A stretch of DNA of 64,000 bases from Carpediemonas membranifera BICM (Eukaryota > Protista > Fornicata): contig JAHDYR010000038.1 in assembly GCA_019828565.1 (NCBI GenBank), positions 450,735 to 514,734 of the forward strand, given 5' to 3'. Within the stretch, counting starts at the first letter, position 1; each line of letters opens with the position of its first letter. The notes beneath the pieces were generated by a model that was given only the letters and a program-made list of their open reading frames with translations, made no database searches and had not been told where the DNA came from. The position numbers and the translations under genes were made by a program. Shown here piece after piece: positions 32,327 to 42,425 of this stretch.

Positions 32327-33052
32327 ATGCCGCTATTCTCCTCTTCTGCACTTGGAACTACAACAAAGCAGGTATCATTCCCAAAAGATCGCCATGGAAT
32401 CATCATTGGCCGCGGAGGTGAGAATATCAACGCAATTCGGAGTGAATGGAATGTGGCTGTGACTGTTCCGAAGCGTGATGATCCCTCGTCCCTTGTTTCC
32501 TTTACAGGGCCTGCGAGGGATGTTGAGAGAGCGATTGAGTATGTTACAGAGAAGGTCATGGCCCGTGAAGCCACACAGGCAAAACTATCAAAGACAGACG
32601 ACCTCTACGCGCGTCGTGGCGAGCTCTTTGCCAAGTCAAAGGCAGCCTGGAATGCTGGGCAGAAAGATCTTGCCAAGAAATATAGCGATGAGGCCAAGGC
32701 GCTCTCCAGAAAGGCCGACGAACGGTTCAAGAAGGACCAGAAGAAGGTCTTCAGTCAACTGAACAAGGACAATGGACGCGACACCATCGACCTCCACGGA
32801 CAAAGCGTCGAATCAGCCCTTGTTCTCCTTGAAAAGCGCATGAAGTCAATCAGCGCTCGTGGCGGTGGTGACCTCGCCATTGTTACCGGCAAGGGGCTTC
32901 ATAGCGACGGCAGGGCCAAGATCCTGCCCCAGGTGGTACAGAAGGTGCGGGAGAAGGGTCTGGCGTGCACGTACGAGGATGGTACCGTGCGCATCGTCGT
33001 CGAACCGACAGTCATCGCCAGAATGTTCAGGGGAGTCTCGCGTTGGTTCTAG
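32327..33052 (+). CDS. KH + DUF1771-like + Smr/MutS2 domain protein (probable RNA endonuclease)
   Basis: KH HGIIIGRGGENINAIR; helical R..LF.KSK.AW..G.K..AK.YS; Smr IDLHGQSV..A and IVTGKGLHS. Start codon uncertain (frame open from 32111). Confidence 0.88.
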   Translation: MPLFSSSALGTTTKQVSFPKDRHGIIIGRGGENINAIRSEWNVAVTVPKRDDPSSLVSFTGPARDVERAIEYVTEKVMAREATQAKLSKTDDLYARRGELFAKSKAAWNAGQKDLAKKYSDEAKALSRKADERFKKDQKKVFSQLNKDNGRDTIDLHGQSVESALVLLEKRMKSISARGGGDLAIVTGKGLHSDGRAKILPQVVQKVREKGLACTYEDGTVRIVVEPTVIARMFRGVSRWF

Positions 33053-33519
33053 AGCGGAGCAAGTAGGTCACATTCGCCAGCAGCACGCGATAACGGCTGC
33101 TGTGATGACCACGCTGGAGAGCATCGGCTGCATGACTGGTTTCATCGCAGCGATGTCAGTGCCCTCAGTGCGAGCAGACTCTGCAGTCAGCATGGATATA
33201 TATCGTCGCACTGCAGCGCAGCTCCATTACCAGCCTCATATTTAGGGAACTTTATCGCGGCTGCTTCAGTTCGGCGGGATTCCACTGACGACGTTGAAGA
33301 CGACAGTCGCTGGGATCACAGCATGCATTAAAGGGCTCAGATTCGATGCTACATGGTCATACTTCAACTGGTGCGAGCAGATGACATGCTTGACTCCAGC
33401 CCGGCGCCACTCCATACAATTGAGGTCATCCAAGCAGCCACTTTTTGCCTGGAACGTTACCTTACACTTCCTTGCCTTGTGCTATGTTTGACGATCGATA
33501 TGCTGGTGACTCTCCCAAA

Positions 33520-36500
33520 TCACGCCTGGTCCACGCGGTGCAAGATTTCGGCGCATCCAAACTGTTTCTTGGTGATGGCGACCTTCATGGGGGATCTCCG
33601 ACGTCTAAAAAGCCCAGGATATCTCGGGATAGTGTGATCGGCACCTGTGGATATAAGGGCAGAGAGCACGTTAGCGTGGCCATTCCTCGCTGCAAGGTAG
33701 ACAGCGGTGTGGCCCTTCTCGTCGCGGGCATTCACGTTCGACCCGGCCCGCAGCAGAATATCGACGGATGAGGAGTGACCATCTGATGCGGCGAAGTGCA
33801 ATGCAGTCCAGCCGTCTATAGTAACGGCCTCTAACTCAGCACCAAGGTCAATGAGAGCAGCAAGAACTGCGTTGGAGCCAGATGTGGCGGCAGTCATGAG
33901 CGGCGTGCAACCGTCGTTCCCAAATTGCTCGAGCAGGCTGGGCTTGGCCTCGATGACAAGCTTGGCTCCGTGCCCATGGTCAGCTAGAGCTATGGGAAGC
34001 ATGATGCTACATCCGCTCGGCATGCGACACACTGCGCCAAATTCGATGAGCAGCTTCGCAACTTCGTAATGCTGACCAAGGATGGCCGATTCCAGAGGCG
34101 TGCTGCCGGTCTCATCTGCGATATCCAGGTTGGCTCCAGCGTCGATGAGAAGTCTGACGCATTCTGTGAAGCCCAGATGGGATGCGATCATAAGAGCCGT
34201 CTCACCATCTTCATTCTTCAGGTCAAGCTGGGCCCCGGCGTCGATGAGCGTTGAGAGAGCAGCAACAGCGTTCTTCAAGGACGCTACCATTGTCGGAGTA
34301 AAGCCCCCACCTAACTGGTCGAGGAGCTTGGGACAGGACTCCAGAATCATGACAGTGACGTCGACTCGGTCAAAGCACGCTGCGCCATGCAGCGGATTCC
34401 AGCCGTTGGACTCTGCCTGGCCGGCGTCTGCCCCAGCATCAAGCAGCATGCGGACTTTGTCGGTGGCGCCTGCGGCCGCGGCGAGCATGAGCGGAGAGCG
34501 CTGCTGGTCATCGACCTTGTTGACATCTGCCCCGGCGTTGATGAGAGAGCGTGCGATCTCGGTATTTGCCCCCTCAATGGCAACGATGAGCGGAGTCAGG
34601 TGACGCTTGGCGATGATGCAACTCTCGTCCAGCCACTTGGAGGCGACGTTCAGGTCAATAAGGGCTCCAACGATGTCGGCCCGACCACGCTCACATGCTG
34701 AAAACAGCGGCGTGCAGCCATCCCGCACGTTCGGATTGACGGACAGAAGCATCTCAACAACCTCGATCTCCATGGGTGTAGCGAGGCCCTCATCGCAGAT
34801 TCTGCTCCTATCGGCACCAGCTTGGACGAGGAGGTCGGCGCTCTCCGTCTGGCCGCAGAGACAGGCGTAGGTCAGGGCAGTGTCAAGGCTGATGCTCTCG
34901 GCATCTATGAGTAAGCGGAGAACATCGACGCGGTTCAATGCAGCTGCTATCATGAGTGGGGTCAGTCCAAAGTTGTCGTCAGCGTGGTCGAACAGGTCGG
35001 GCCTGGCGTCAAGGAGCAGCTTAACGACGCGAGGTGGACCGGACGCGGCTGCTACGAAGAGGGGAGTAAACCCAGTGTAGCACGTCGCACTGCAATCTGC
35101 CCCGGCGTAAATTAGCAGGCTGACAACTTCAGAGTGCTCCCACATGATTGCGCGATGGAGCGGCGTTTCTCCATCCTTTGTGGGGATTTCCATGTTGGCT
35201 CCCGCGTCGATCAGGAGCTCAGCGTTCTCTATGAGTCCCTTGCTACACGCGAGGCACAGTGAGGTAAAGCTGCACACCTGACAGTCAAGGCCAGCGCCGG
35301 CCTCGATGAGTTGAGTGAGAACATCGACAGAGTTAAATTCGGCCGCCATCAACAGGGGGGTCCAACCGTCCTCGTCTTCTTGGTCGAGGAGGTTTGGCTT
35401 GACATCCAGGATAATCTCAACAGAGTCGGCGTCACCATCTAGCACACTGGCATGCAATACAGTGCGGCTATCCGGGAGAGTGCCGCATTCGGCATGACCG
35501 GCTCCAAAGAGCATGCGGGCCACGTCGTATTTCTTGTTGGTGATCGCGAAATACCAGAGAGAGAAGCCTCTGGAGTTCGGGGCCAGCGCGTCGGCTCCTA
35601 TCTCCAACAACAGCGCCACGACATCAACATTCCCACTCTCGATCGCCTCTAGCATCATCGACGTTTGAGTACTTTCGTTAGAAATATCAATATCGGCTCC
35701 AGCGGCAAGTAGGAGGCGAACAACATCGATATGACCGTTCTTGACCGCCTGATGGAGCGCTGTGGACTTCAATTGATTGATGCCATGACAGATGCGGCTG
35801 ACGACGGTCCCACGGTCGAGGAGGAACTGCACGGTGCTGAGGTGGCCTGCGCTGGCAGCAGCACACAGAGGCGTGAAGCCACAGTACATTTTGGTAGTTT
35901 CAATCGCGTCGGGGTGGCGGTCCAGGATCAGCTTGACCATGCTGACATCATCGAGGACGCTGTGAATTGTGCCAGAGCAGTCTGCACCAGCTTTGATCAG
36001 AACGACGGCAACATCAGTCTTGTTGTATCGCAGTGCTCTTGACAGCGGAGTCCAGCCGCACCTGTCGGTCTTCTCCATCTCCGCGCCAGCAGCGATGAGC
36101 AGGCTTACAATCTCGGCGTGTCCTTTGTCGACGGCCATAGTCAGAGGGGAATCCCCCTCTTTCCCCCAAAAGTCGCAGCTGGGCTGGTTGGGGTCGGCAC
36201 CACAGCGAAGCAGGAGCCGGACGATGTCAACCAGGCCCTTTTCACAGCTCTCGGCGAGGATAATCTTCCCATCAAGGGTTGCGCTGGCTAGCCTCCGGCT
36301 GAGACGAAGCAGGAGTTCAACCATGGCCAAGCTACCACGGTCGACGGCGTGATGAATAGCTTCGGGACCAACCGTGCCGATCTTTTTGCTGACTCCGCCG
36401 GCATCGACGATGGCCCGAAGGACATCTGCACGATCTACCCAGAAACGAATAAACAGATCGGCGGCAGTATCGCCCTCGTAGTTGCGAGCGTTCACCTTGC

Positions 36501-39306
36501 ACCCGGCTTTCAGGAGGAGGCGGACCGACGTGGGATCACAGTGAATAGCGTGGTGGAGAGCGGTGTTGCCCTTGACGTCCGCGGCTTTCACCTTGGCCCC
36601 TGCCTTGATGAACAGCCTGAGCGTTGGAGAGGCTTCTCTGGCTGCGATCATGAGTGGGGTGACACCGTGACGCGTGATCGACCGGACCAGGGCTGGCTTG
36701 GCGGCCAAGATGAGTTCAGCAATCTCGGTCCTTTCCAAACAAGCAGCAAAGTGAAGAGCGCTTTTCCCTTCATCACTCTTACAGGCGACGTCGGCCCCGT
36801 TGTCGAGCAGCAGACGGACAAGATCAGCATTTCCACTCCTTACAGCGGCATGTAGAACGCCGTATCCCGCTTTGTGTAAACACCTCGCACGTAAGTCGAC
36901 CTTGGCTTCAATGAGGAGCCTCGCACTCTCAAGGCAGCTACCACTCTGGCAGGCCAAGAAAAGCGCATCGTTCTGCTGGCCGCGGTCAGCACCGGCCTTG
37001 ATGAGTTGGCTGAGAACATCGACAGAGTTAAAAACGGCTGCCATTGATAGGGGGGTCCAACCGTCCTCGTCTTCTTGGTCGAGGAGATCCGGCTTGGCGT
37101 CCAGGATCATCTGGGCGATTGCAGCATCGTTTCTACGAGCAGCGGCATGCAGGGCAGTCAAGCGGTGGGAGCTGGCCTGGCCGGCGTCCGCCCCAGCATC
37201 AAGCAGCATGCGGACTATGTCGGTGGCGCCTGCATCCGTGGCGAACCGGAGCGGAGTGTTGCCTCTGTTATCGGCCTTGCTGACGTCTGCCCCGGTGTCA
37301 AGCAGGAGGCGAACGATCTCAGGCATATTCTTGTCGGCAGCGCAGTGAAGCGGTGTGCCTCCACTCCATTCCGATATCTCATCAACATCTGCACCGGCAT
37401 TGAGAAGCAACTCCACAATCGCACGGTCACCAGAATCCACGGCTTCAACCAGGGTCTTGCCGTCCTTGACGTCAGCACCAGCGTCAATGAGCAGGCGAAC
37501 AACTTCAGCATGACCCTTTCTTGCAGCGAGCATCAATGGAGAACCGAGGAACCGGGAATTTGCAGAGGGGTCAGCGCCGGCATCGAGAAGCACGCGGACG
37601 GTATCAGTATGACCTTCAACGCAAGCTGCACACAAAGGTGTCCAGGTACGGTCGTCGTTGTTGAAGTCGATCATGTCGGGCTGACAGCCAAGCAGCATCT
37701 TGACCATCTCGACCTGGCCACGTTCCGCCGCGATTCGAACAGCGCTACAACCGTTCTCACGTATCTTGCGGCAGTCGGCATCGGCCTTGATCAGCAGTCG
37801 TACGATGTCGGTGTGACCCTGCATGACAGCGATCAGGAGCGGCGTGTCACCCTCATCATCCTCGACCTCGAGGTCTACCCCCGATTCGATCAGTCTCTGC
37901 GCGGCCTTCATGTCGCCCTCGAAGCAGGCGGTGGCGAGCGTGATTGCCTCGTCGAGCGTGATGTTCTCGATGGAGGCGACCACCTGGGTGAGCGCGTCGT
38001 CAGCAGCAACTTCCTCGGCGATGGGGTCTTCGGCCTTGGCTACAGGAACATCGATCGTTGCTTCGGCTTGGCGCTTGATAGCCTTCTCAAAAGCGATGCT
38101 GAACCTTATCACGTTCTTCTCAATCTTAAACACAATCATCTGGATTGGCTTCGAGTCGGTCAACTGAGCCATCGAGCTGAACACGCCCTGCTTGGGTGTC
38201 GCGCGTGTCAGGACCGCCGGGGCGTCCTCTATCGTCATTGACTCAAGCCCTGCCACGAGTGCATGGTCAAAGTGGGCGTTGTGCCCAGCGTCGGAGTCAT
38301 CGTCGGACTTGTCGCCCTTAGGTATGATGATCTGGATGATCTCAGGCTCGACCTCGCAGAACCGCTTGCGCTCGGGCATCGTCTCATGGTCGTATTCCCG
38401 CTTCGATGCCTTGAGCTGGACGGGGTCCTTTTTGTTGCGCCCGAAGATGTTGTTGAGAAGCTCCTGCATCCTCATCTTCCTGGCATCCAGCAGGGCAGCG
38501 AGCTCGACTTTCTGGGCAGTCAGCTCGGCGTTTTCAGCATTGAACGCGTTCTTCCTTGCCGTTTTAAGGCGTTGGCGTGCTGCTTGACTCATGACAGCCC
38601 CGGTATCTTTGGGCAACTCGGCCGTCTGACGAGGAACCTCGGGGAGGGCCAACGGACGTAAGCCGCGCAGCTCAATCACGCGGTCGTACGCCTTGAGCTG
38701 GCCCCGAAGCCGCTGGCTCTCCAGATGGAGGGTGAAGTTCGTCTCTCTGAGGTCGGCCATCGTTCCCTTGATGGACACTGTCACGTCGGCGTCGTTGACG
38801 ACATCCTGGTGCTCGACATGCTCCTCTGCGGCGGGCTGTTCTGCCGGTCTGCCCAGGGCCTGCCACGTGAGGGCCTCCGCGCGCGCGATGACGGCGTCGA
38901 GGTGCTCGATCTCGGCCTGCACAATCACGAGCTCGCGCTTTAGCACATCTGCTTTCGTGGTCTTCGTCTTGTTGTGGACTGTACTCTTGCTCTTGTTCGG
39001 TTCAGCCGACACAGGGCTCCCAAGCTTGAAGTCTAGGAGGGGCGGCATTCTCCTGGTTGAAGGGATGACGACTGTGGGTTGATCCAGCTTGTCCCGTCGC
39101 TTGAGAAGCACCTGGATCTCCTGGGCGGCTTCGAGCCTGCCCTGTCTGAACGCGCAGTTCTTCATGAGTGCGAATTTCTGCGGAATGAGCTTCATTGCAC
39201 CGACATACATTGACTTTGCTCTCACGCGACGGATTTCTTCACTTTCGTTGCCAGCAGCTCTGTCCTGATCGGCTTGTTCGTTATTCAGGTCTTCATCCGC
39301 GTTCAT
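33520..39306 (-). CDS. 1928-aa ankyrin-repeat protein with unique basic/coiled-coil N-terminal region
   Basis: Dozens of G.TPL..A...G....V..LL..GAD repeats after about aa 460. Near-identical internal duplicates (for example 34415-34473 vs 37175-37233). Confidence 0.92.
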   Translation of the reverse strand: MNADEDLNNEQADQDRAAGNESEEIRRVRAKSMYVGAMKLIPQKFALMKNCAFRQGRLEAAQEIQVLLKRRDKLDQPTVVIPSTRRMPPLLDFKLGSPVSAEPNKSKSTVHNKTKTTKADVLKRELVIVQAEIEHLDAVIARAEALTWQALGRPAEQPAAEEHVEHQDVVNDADVTVSIKGTMADLRETNFTLHLESQRLRGQLKAYDRVIELRGLRPLALPEVPRQTAELPKDTGAVMSQAARQRLKTARKNAFNAENAELTAQKVELAALLDARKMRMQELLNNIFGRNKKDPVQLKASKREYDHETMPERKRFCEVEPEIIQIIIPKGDKSDDDSDAGHNAHFDHALVAGLESMTIEDAPAVLTRATPKQGVFSSMAQLTDSKPIQMIVFKIEKNVIRFSIAFEKAIKRQAEATIDVPVAKAEDPIAEEVAADDALTQVVASIENITLDEAITLATACFEGDMKAAQRLIESGVDLEVEDDEGDTPLLIAVMQGHTDIVRLLIKADADCRKIRENGCSAVRIAAERGQVEMVKMLLGCQPDMIDFNNDDRTWTPLCAACVEGHTDTVRVLLDAGADPSANSRFLGSPLMLAARKGHAEVVRLLIDAGADVKDGKTLVEAVDSGDRAIVELLLNAGADVDEISEWSGGTPLHCAADKNMPEIVRLLLDTGADVSKADNRGNTPLRFATDAGATDIVRMLLDAGADAGQASSHRLTALHAAARRNDAAIAQMILDAKPDLLDQEDEDGWTPLSMAAVFNSVDVLSQLIKAGADRGQQNDALFLACQSGSCLESARLLIEAKVDLRARCLHKAGYGVLHAAVRSGNADLVRLLLDNGADVACKSDEGKSALHFAACLERTEIAELILAAKPALVRSITRHGVTPLMIAAREASPTLRLFIKAGAKVKAADVKGNTALHHAIHCDPTSVRLLLKAGCKVNARNYEGDTAADLFIRFWVDRADVLRAIVDAGGVSKKIGTVGPEAIHHAVDRGSLAMVELLLRLSRRLASATLDGKIILAESCEKGLVDIVRLLLRCGADPNQPSCDFWGKEGDSPLTMAVDKGHAEIVSLLIAAGAEMEKTDRCGWTPLSRALRYNKTDVAVVLIKAGADCSGTIHSVLDDVSMVKLILDRHPDAIETTKMYCGFTPLCAAASAGHLSTVQFLLDRGTVVSRICHGINQLKSTALHQAVKNGHIDVVRLLLAAGADIDISNESTQTSMMLEAIESGNVDVVALLLEIGADALAPNSRGFSLWYFAITNKKYDVARMLFGAGHAECGTLPDSRTVLHASVLDGDADSVEIILDVKPNLLDQEDEDGWTPLLMAAEFNSVDVLTQLIEAGAGLDCQVCSFTSLCLACSKGLIENAELLIDAGANMEIPTKDGETPLHRAIMWEHSEVVSLLIYAGADCSATCYTGFTPLFVAAASGPPRVVKLLLDARPDLFDHADDNFGLTPLMIAAALNRVDVLRLLIDAESISLDTALTYACLCGQTESADLLVQAGADRSRICDEGLATPMEIEVVEMLLSVNPNVRDGCTPLFSACERGRADIVGALIDLNVASKWLDESCIIAKRHLTPLIVAIEGANTEIARSLINAGADVNKVDDQQRSPLMLAAAAGATDKVRMLLDAGADAGQAESNGWNPLHGAACFDRVDVTVMILESCPKLLDQLGGGFTPTMVASLKNAVAALSTLIDAGAQLDLKNEDGETALMIASHLGFTECVRLLIDAGANLDIADETGSTPLESAILGQHYEVAKLLIEFGAVCRMPSGCSIMLPIALADHGHGAKLVIEAKPSLLEQFGNDGCTPLMTAATSGSNAVLAALIDLGAELEAVTIDGWTALHFAASDGHSSSVDILLRAGSNVNARDEKGHTAVYLAARNGHANVLSALISTGADHTIPRYPGLFRRRRSPMKVAITKKQFGCAEILHRVDQA

Positions 39307-39511
39307 TACAGATGCCTGGCTTTGATTTCCCGGCGATCACAGCGGGTTTTGTCTCGGAAGACAATGTGATACTCAGAATGTGCACTTTAACGTTTCACGG
39401 GCAGGCGGCGCAGTCATGCCCAGCATCATCGCACAGCAACACTGCAGACTGTGTGGAACAAACTGCATGACAGCTCGACTACCATTTACGAATTTTTCCG
39501 TGTCTATATAA

Positions 39512-39988
39512 ACTGATCAGGCAAGTAAGATCACGCAGGCACGCGCAGATATCCTGATTAATGAGCCTCTGCTCCGAAACGGCCGTCCTCTAGTGATTGA
39601 GGTCACAGTCGGCAAGTCTGACTCGGACTCATTCATCCAGAAGAAGAAGGACCAGTACGCCGACTACAATGTTGACGTCATCGTCGTCGCACTCACTCCA
39701 ACCGGCAGCCACATCGAGTCAGCCGCCAGGAGTCTGGTTGAAATCGGACAGGAAATCTGCACGATCACTGGCGCAGAATGCTTTACTGACCGCCGAGCTC
39801 GGTCGGTTCTCGCGATCGCACTGATGGGCTGGCTACTGAAGAAGTCATTCGAGCTCCGCAAGGCACACCGCCTGCTCCATCTGGCCACGTCCGTGATCAA
39901 TCCTCCACATCTCCCCCCACCCCCTCCCACCGCCGCCATCCAGCGGAGTCAGCGTGGAGGCGCTTCGGCGCCCGCAATGGCTGAATAA
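39512..39988 (+). mobile_element. 3' fragment of an RLE-type non-LTR retrotransposon (restriction-like endonuclease domain only)
   Basis: Frame extended to the upstream stop reads RADILI-x9-LVIEVTV-x9-KKKDQY-x-VIVVALTPTG, matching the R(P/A)D..(D/E)VTV..K..(K)Y..G signature. No RT and no ATG. Confidence 0.65.
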
Positions 39989-40246
39989 TGGTATGTACAT
40001 GTTTACATACAATCGAGTAAATTCATAAAGAGGATATGCTGCAGCTTTGGGCCAGACTTTACGTAAATCGATTTATACACAAAACCCAGGAGCCCTATGT
40101 AGTGCTACGTCTTTATGAATCAATCAATACTCTTGACCATCATTGACCTGGGCGGGTGCAGCTCTTTGGGTCTGCCCCACCACACCTATGCTTGGAAAAT
40201 TTTTACGCATTTACCCAGTTCACAACGGAAGGGCGCATGGGCTGAC

Positions 40247-41545
40247 CTACTTGGGAGGCCCACAAGTCAGGCAGGCCAGCACGTTGGGGTGCCAGGACCC
40301 AGTAGCGGAGATCAGAAGGGGAGCAGATACGGTGCTGGGGAGCACCTGGACCTGGGGCATCGGGCGGTGCCCACGAGACCTTCCGCACCGCTTGGGCTCC
40401 TGACGTTGGCCCTGTGACGCGGCAGCGACCGGATGCCGTGTCGGTGTCTCGTCCCGAGCAGCTGCAGTCAAGGCGTCCCTCATCTCGGTCAGCGTCATAT
40501 CGAGCTCTGCGTCTTGCTTGCTGAGCTGCCTGCTCTCCTCTGCCCAGATGGTGTTTTTCTCGCGCCTGTTGGCCGCCTGTCGCTTCTTACGACTGGCGGG
40601 AACACCGCTATTCTTTGAGCCTGGCACGTATCTGCTGACAAGGGGCGGCATTCCCCAACGCGCGGCAAGCCCGTGGTCCAAGAATGTGGCCAGCGCCTGG
40701 AGCTGTCCCCGTCGTATGTGGTTCGCGATGTGCTTTCTGAAGTGCTCTTCGCGTTGCATATCTTTGTCGCCTCTCTTTGGCGCTGTAACAACGCCGCGCA
40801 AGATGTCTCTGTCAGCCCTCGTTGTCGTTGCGGCAGGCTCGATTGCCCAATCGAGAGTCTGCCAGATCTTCTGCTTGATGGCGTGTATTCTCTCAGTGAT
40901 GATCTCAATATCGGCCTCGATTTCCTCGATCTGGCTGCGCAGCACGGCTCTTTTCGCCTTCTCCCGGGCGTTCTTGTCGCCACCACCTGTGCTCAGCGGG
41001 ATCCCGCCTACGCTGACGACATCGAAGTTGAGAGTGACGCTGTGATCACCCCCGGCTTGCTCGCCAGTCGGTTCGATTGTCCCTCTTGCAGCAAGCATGG
41101 TCTGCTCGATCTCGTGATACATCTCCAGCTCAGCCTTCTTGGCACTTCTAACCAGCATGGCTCTGCCCTTGTATGCCAGGAGGTCCTTCACGCCGTCACG
41201 CGGCTTCGTGACCGGGAGCTCCTCGCAAGCAGGCTGGGCTGCCTCGAGAGTACAAGGCTCACTGGGCCATTTCTGCGGGTGTGAGGAGCTTGTGCTGGCA
41301 TGGGCCTCGGTGCTCGTGCTTTCGCTGGGGATTGCTGATGTGTCTGCCGAGAAGACGTCTGGAAGAAATTCTGATGTATTATCGGAAATGCTTCCTCCTT
41401 CAGCTAAATTCCAATTGAATTGTTCTGAAAATATGTCTGATTGAGTATTGAAGACTGAATGGCTGGCATTTAGCACTATGTCTTGGTTATCAGCGGATAA
41501 TGGTTTCATTTCGCTATTGAAGCATGAATAGAGCATATTCAACAA
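40247..41545 (-). CDS. Hypothetical protein with bZIP-like basic/zipper segments, homologous to the N-terminus of the nearby ankyrin protein
   Basis: Acidic/Ser-rich N-terminus; KRAVLRSQIEEIEADIE...WQTL; RRGQLQA; RKKRQAANRREK..EESRQLSKQDAELDMTL. Confidence 0.65.
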   Translation of the reverse strand: MLNMLYSCFNSEMKPLSADNQDIVLNASHSVFNTQSDIFSEQFNWNLAEGGSISDNTSEFLPDVFSADTSAIPSESTSTEAHASTSSSHPQKWPSEPCTLEAAQPACEELPVTKPRDGVKDLLAYKGRAMLVRSAKKAELEMYHEIEQTMLAARGTIEPTGEQAGGDHSVTLNFDVVSVGGIPLSTGGGDKNAREKAKRAVLRSQIEEIEADIEIITERIHAIKQKIWQTLDWAIEPAATTTRADRDILRGVVTAPKRGDKDMQREEHFRKHIANHIRRGQLQALATFLDHGLAARWGMPPLVSRYVPGSKNSGVPASRKKRQAANRREKNTIWAEESRQLSKQDAELDMTLTEMRDALTAAARDETPTRHPVAAASQGQRQEPKRCGRSRGHRPMPQVQVLPSTVSAPLLISATGSWHPNVLACLTCGPPK

Positions 41546-41683
41546 GGGAAAGTTTCTGGAGCTCCATTAGAGTACAACGTGACGACTGAGATACAACGTG
41601 ACGCTCGACACGAGATTGCAATAAAATGCTCGCGAAATTTAGCAAGATACGCTGCCGATTCAGTCTGATTCCGCCGAATACTC

Positions 41684-42151
41684 TCAGAACAAGGAGATGT
41701 CGAAGTCCCCAACGCCCGCGCCCGTGGCAAACGCCTCCAGATTGGCCTTGAACTCGCCAAAGTCGCTGACACTCATGAGAACGTCGCTCACGTCCTCAAT
41801 TAGAGCATGCGGATTCTTCTCCAGAGTCTGCAGGAAGACCTGCATCGACGCATCAGGGAATCGCTCACGTAGACGGCTCATTATATAGTTCTCGACCTCG
41901 GCCGTGTAGCTGTTGAAGCAGTCTGTGTACTTAAACTTGTTCTCGTCTGAAGAGAAGTCGAACTCGGGGAGATAGGATTGGAAGAGCTCGTCTTGGTGCA
42001 TGAAGAAGGCTTCGTCAAGGATAATGTCTTGCAGAGCATCTAGCATGTCGTCGAAAGTGGAGTGCTCGGAGTTGGAGGAGATAGTCTCATCTATGTTCTC
42101 TTCAGAGCAGAATGAAACATCGATTTTCCCTCCAATGCCAGCAACGCTCAT
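41684..42151 (-). CDS. ARL2BP: ARL2-binding protein (BART domain)
   Basis: FDDMLDALQDIILDEAF..Q..LF..Y..EFD..DENK..YT..FN.Y...VE.YI...L, and L.SVSDF.EFK. Confidence 0.85.
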   Translation of the reverse strand: MSVAGIGGKIDVSFCSEENIDETISSNSEHSTFDDMLDALQDIILDEAFFMHQDELFQSYLPEFDFSSDENKFKYTDCFNSYTAEVENYIMSRLRERFPDASMQVFLQTLEKNPHALIEDVSDVLMSVSDFGEFKANLEAFATGAGVGDFDISLF

Positions 42152-42425
42152 GTTCTGGCGTGTTCTGTTGTGTCAAGCAGTTTTATGACCAATCAACTGA
42201 TTTGCCTCCCTAGACTTCCATCGGCCATACGGGGCCGCCTCTGGCCGCCTACGAGTCAATGTCTCATCCCGCCATTCGAATTCACACTCGTCTCCTCGAT
42301 ACAACCAGCACCACAAAACAAGCAAGTTGCCGATGTTTACGGGATAAGATAGTAGCAGTAGAGCTTGAGAAGTCTCTCAACCCAAGACCCACAGCTCACA
42401 AACCAGAAAACTGGCTCGCGGCCGC

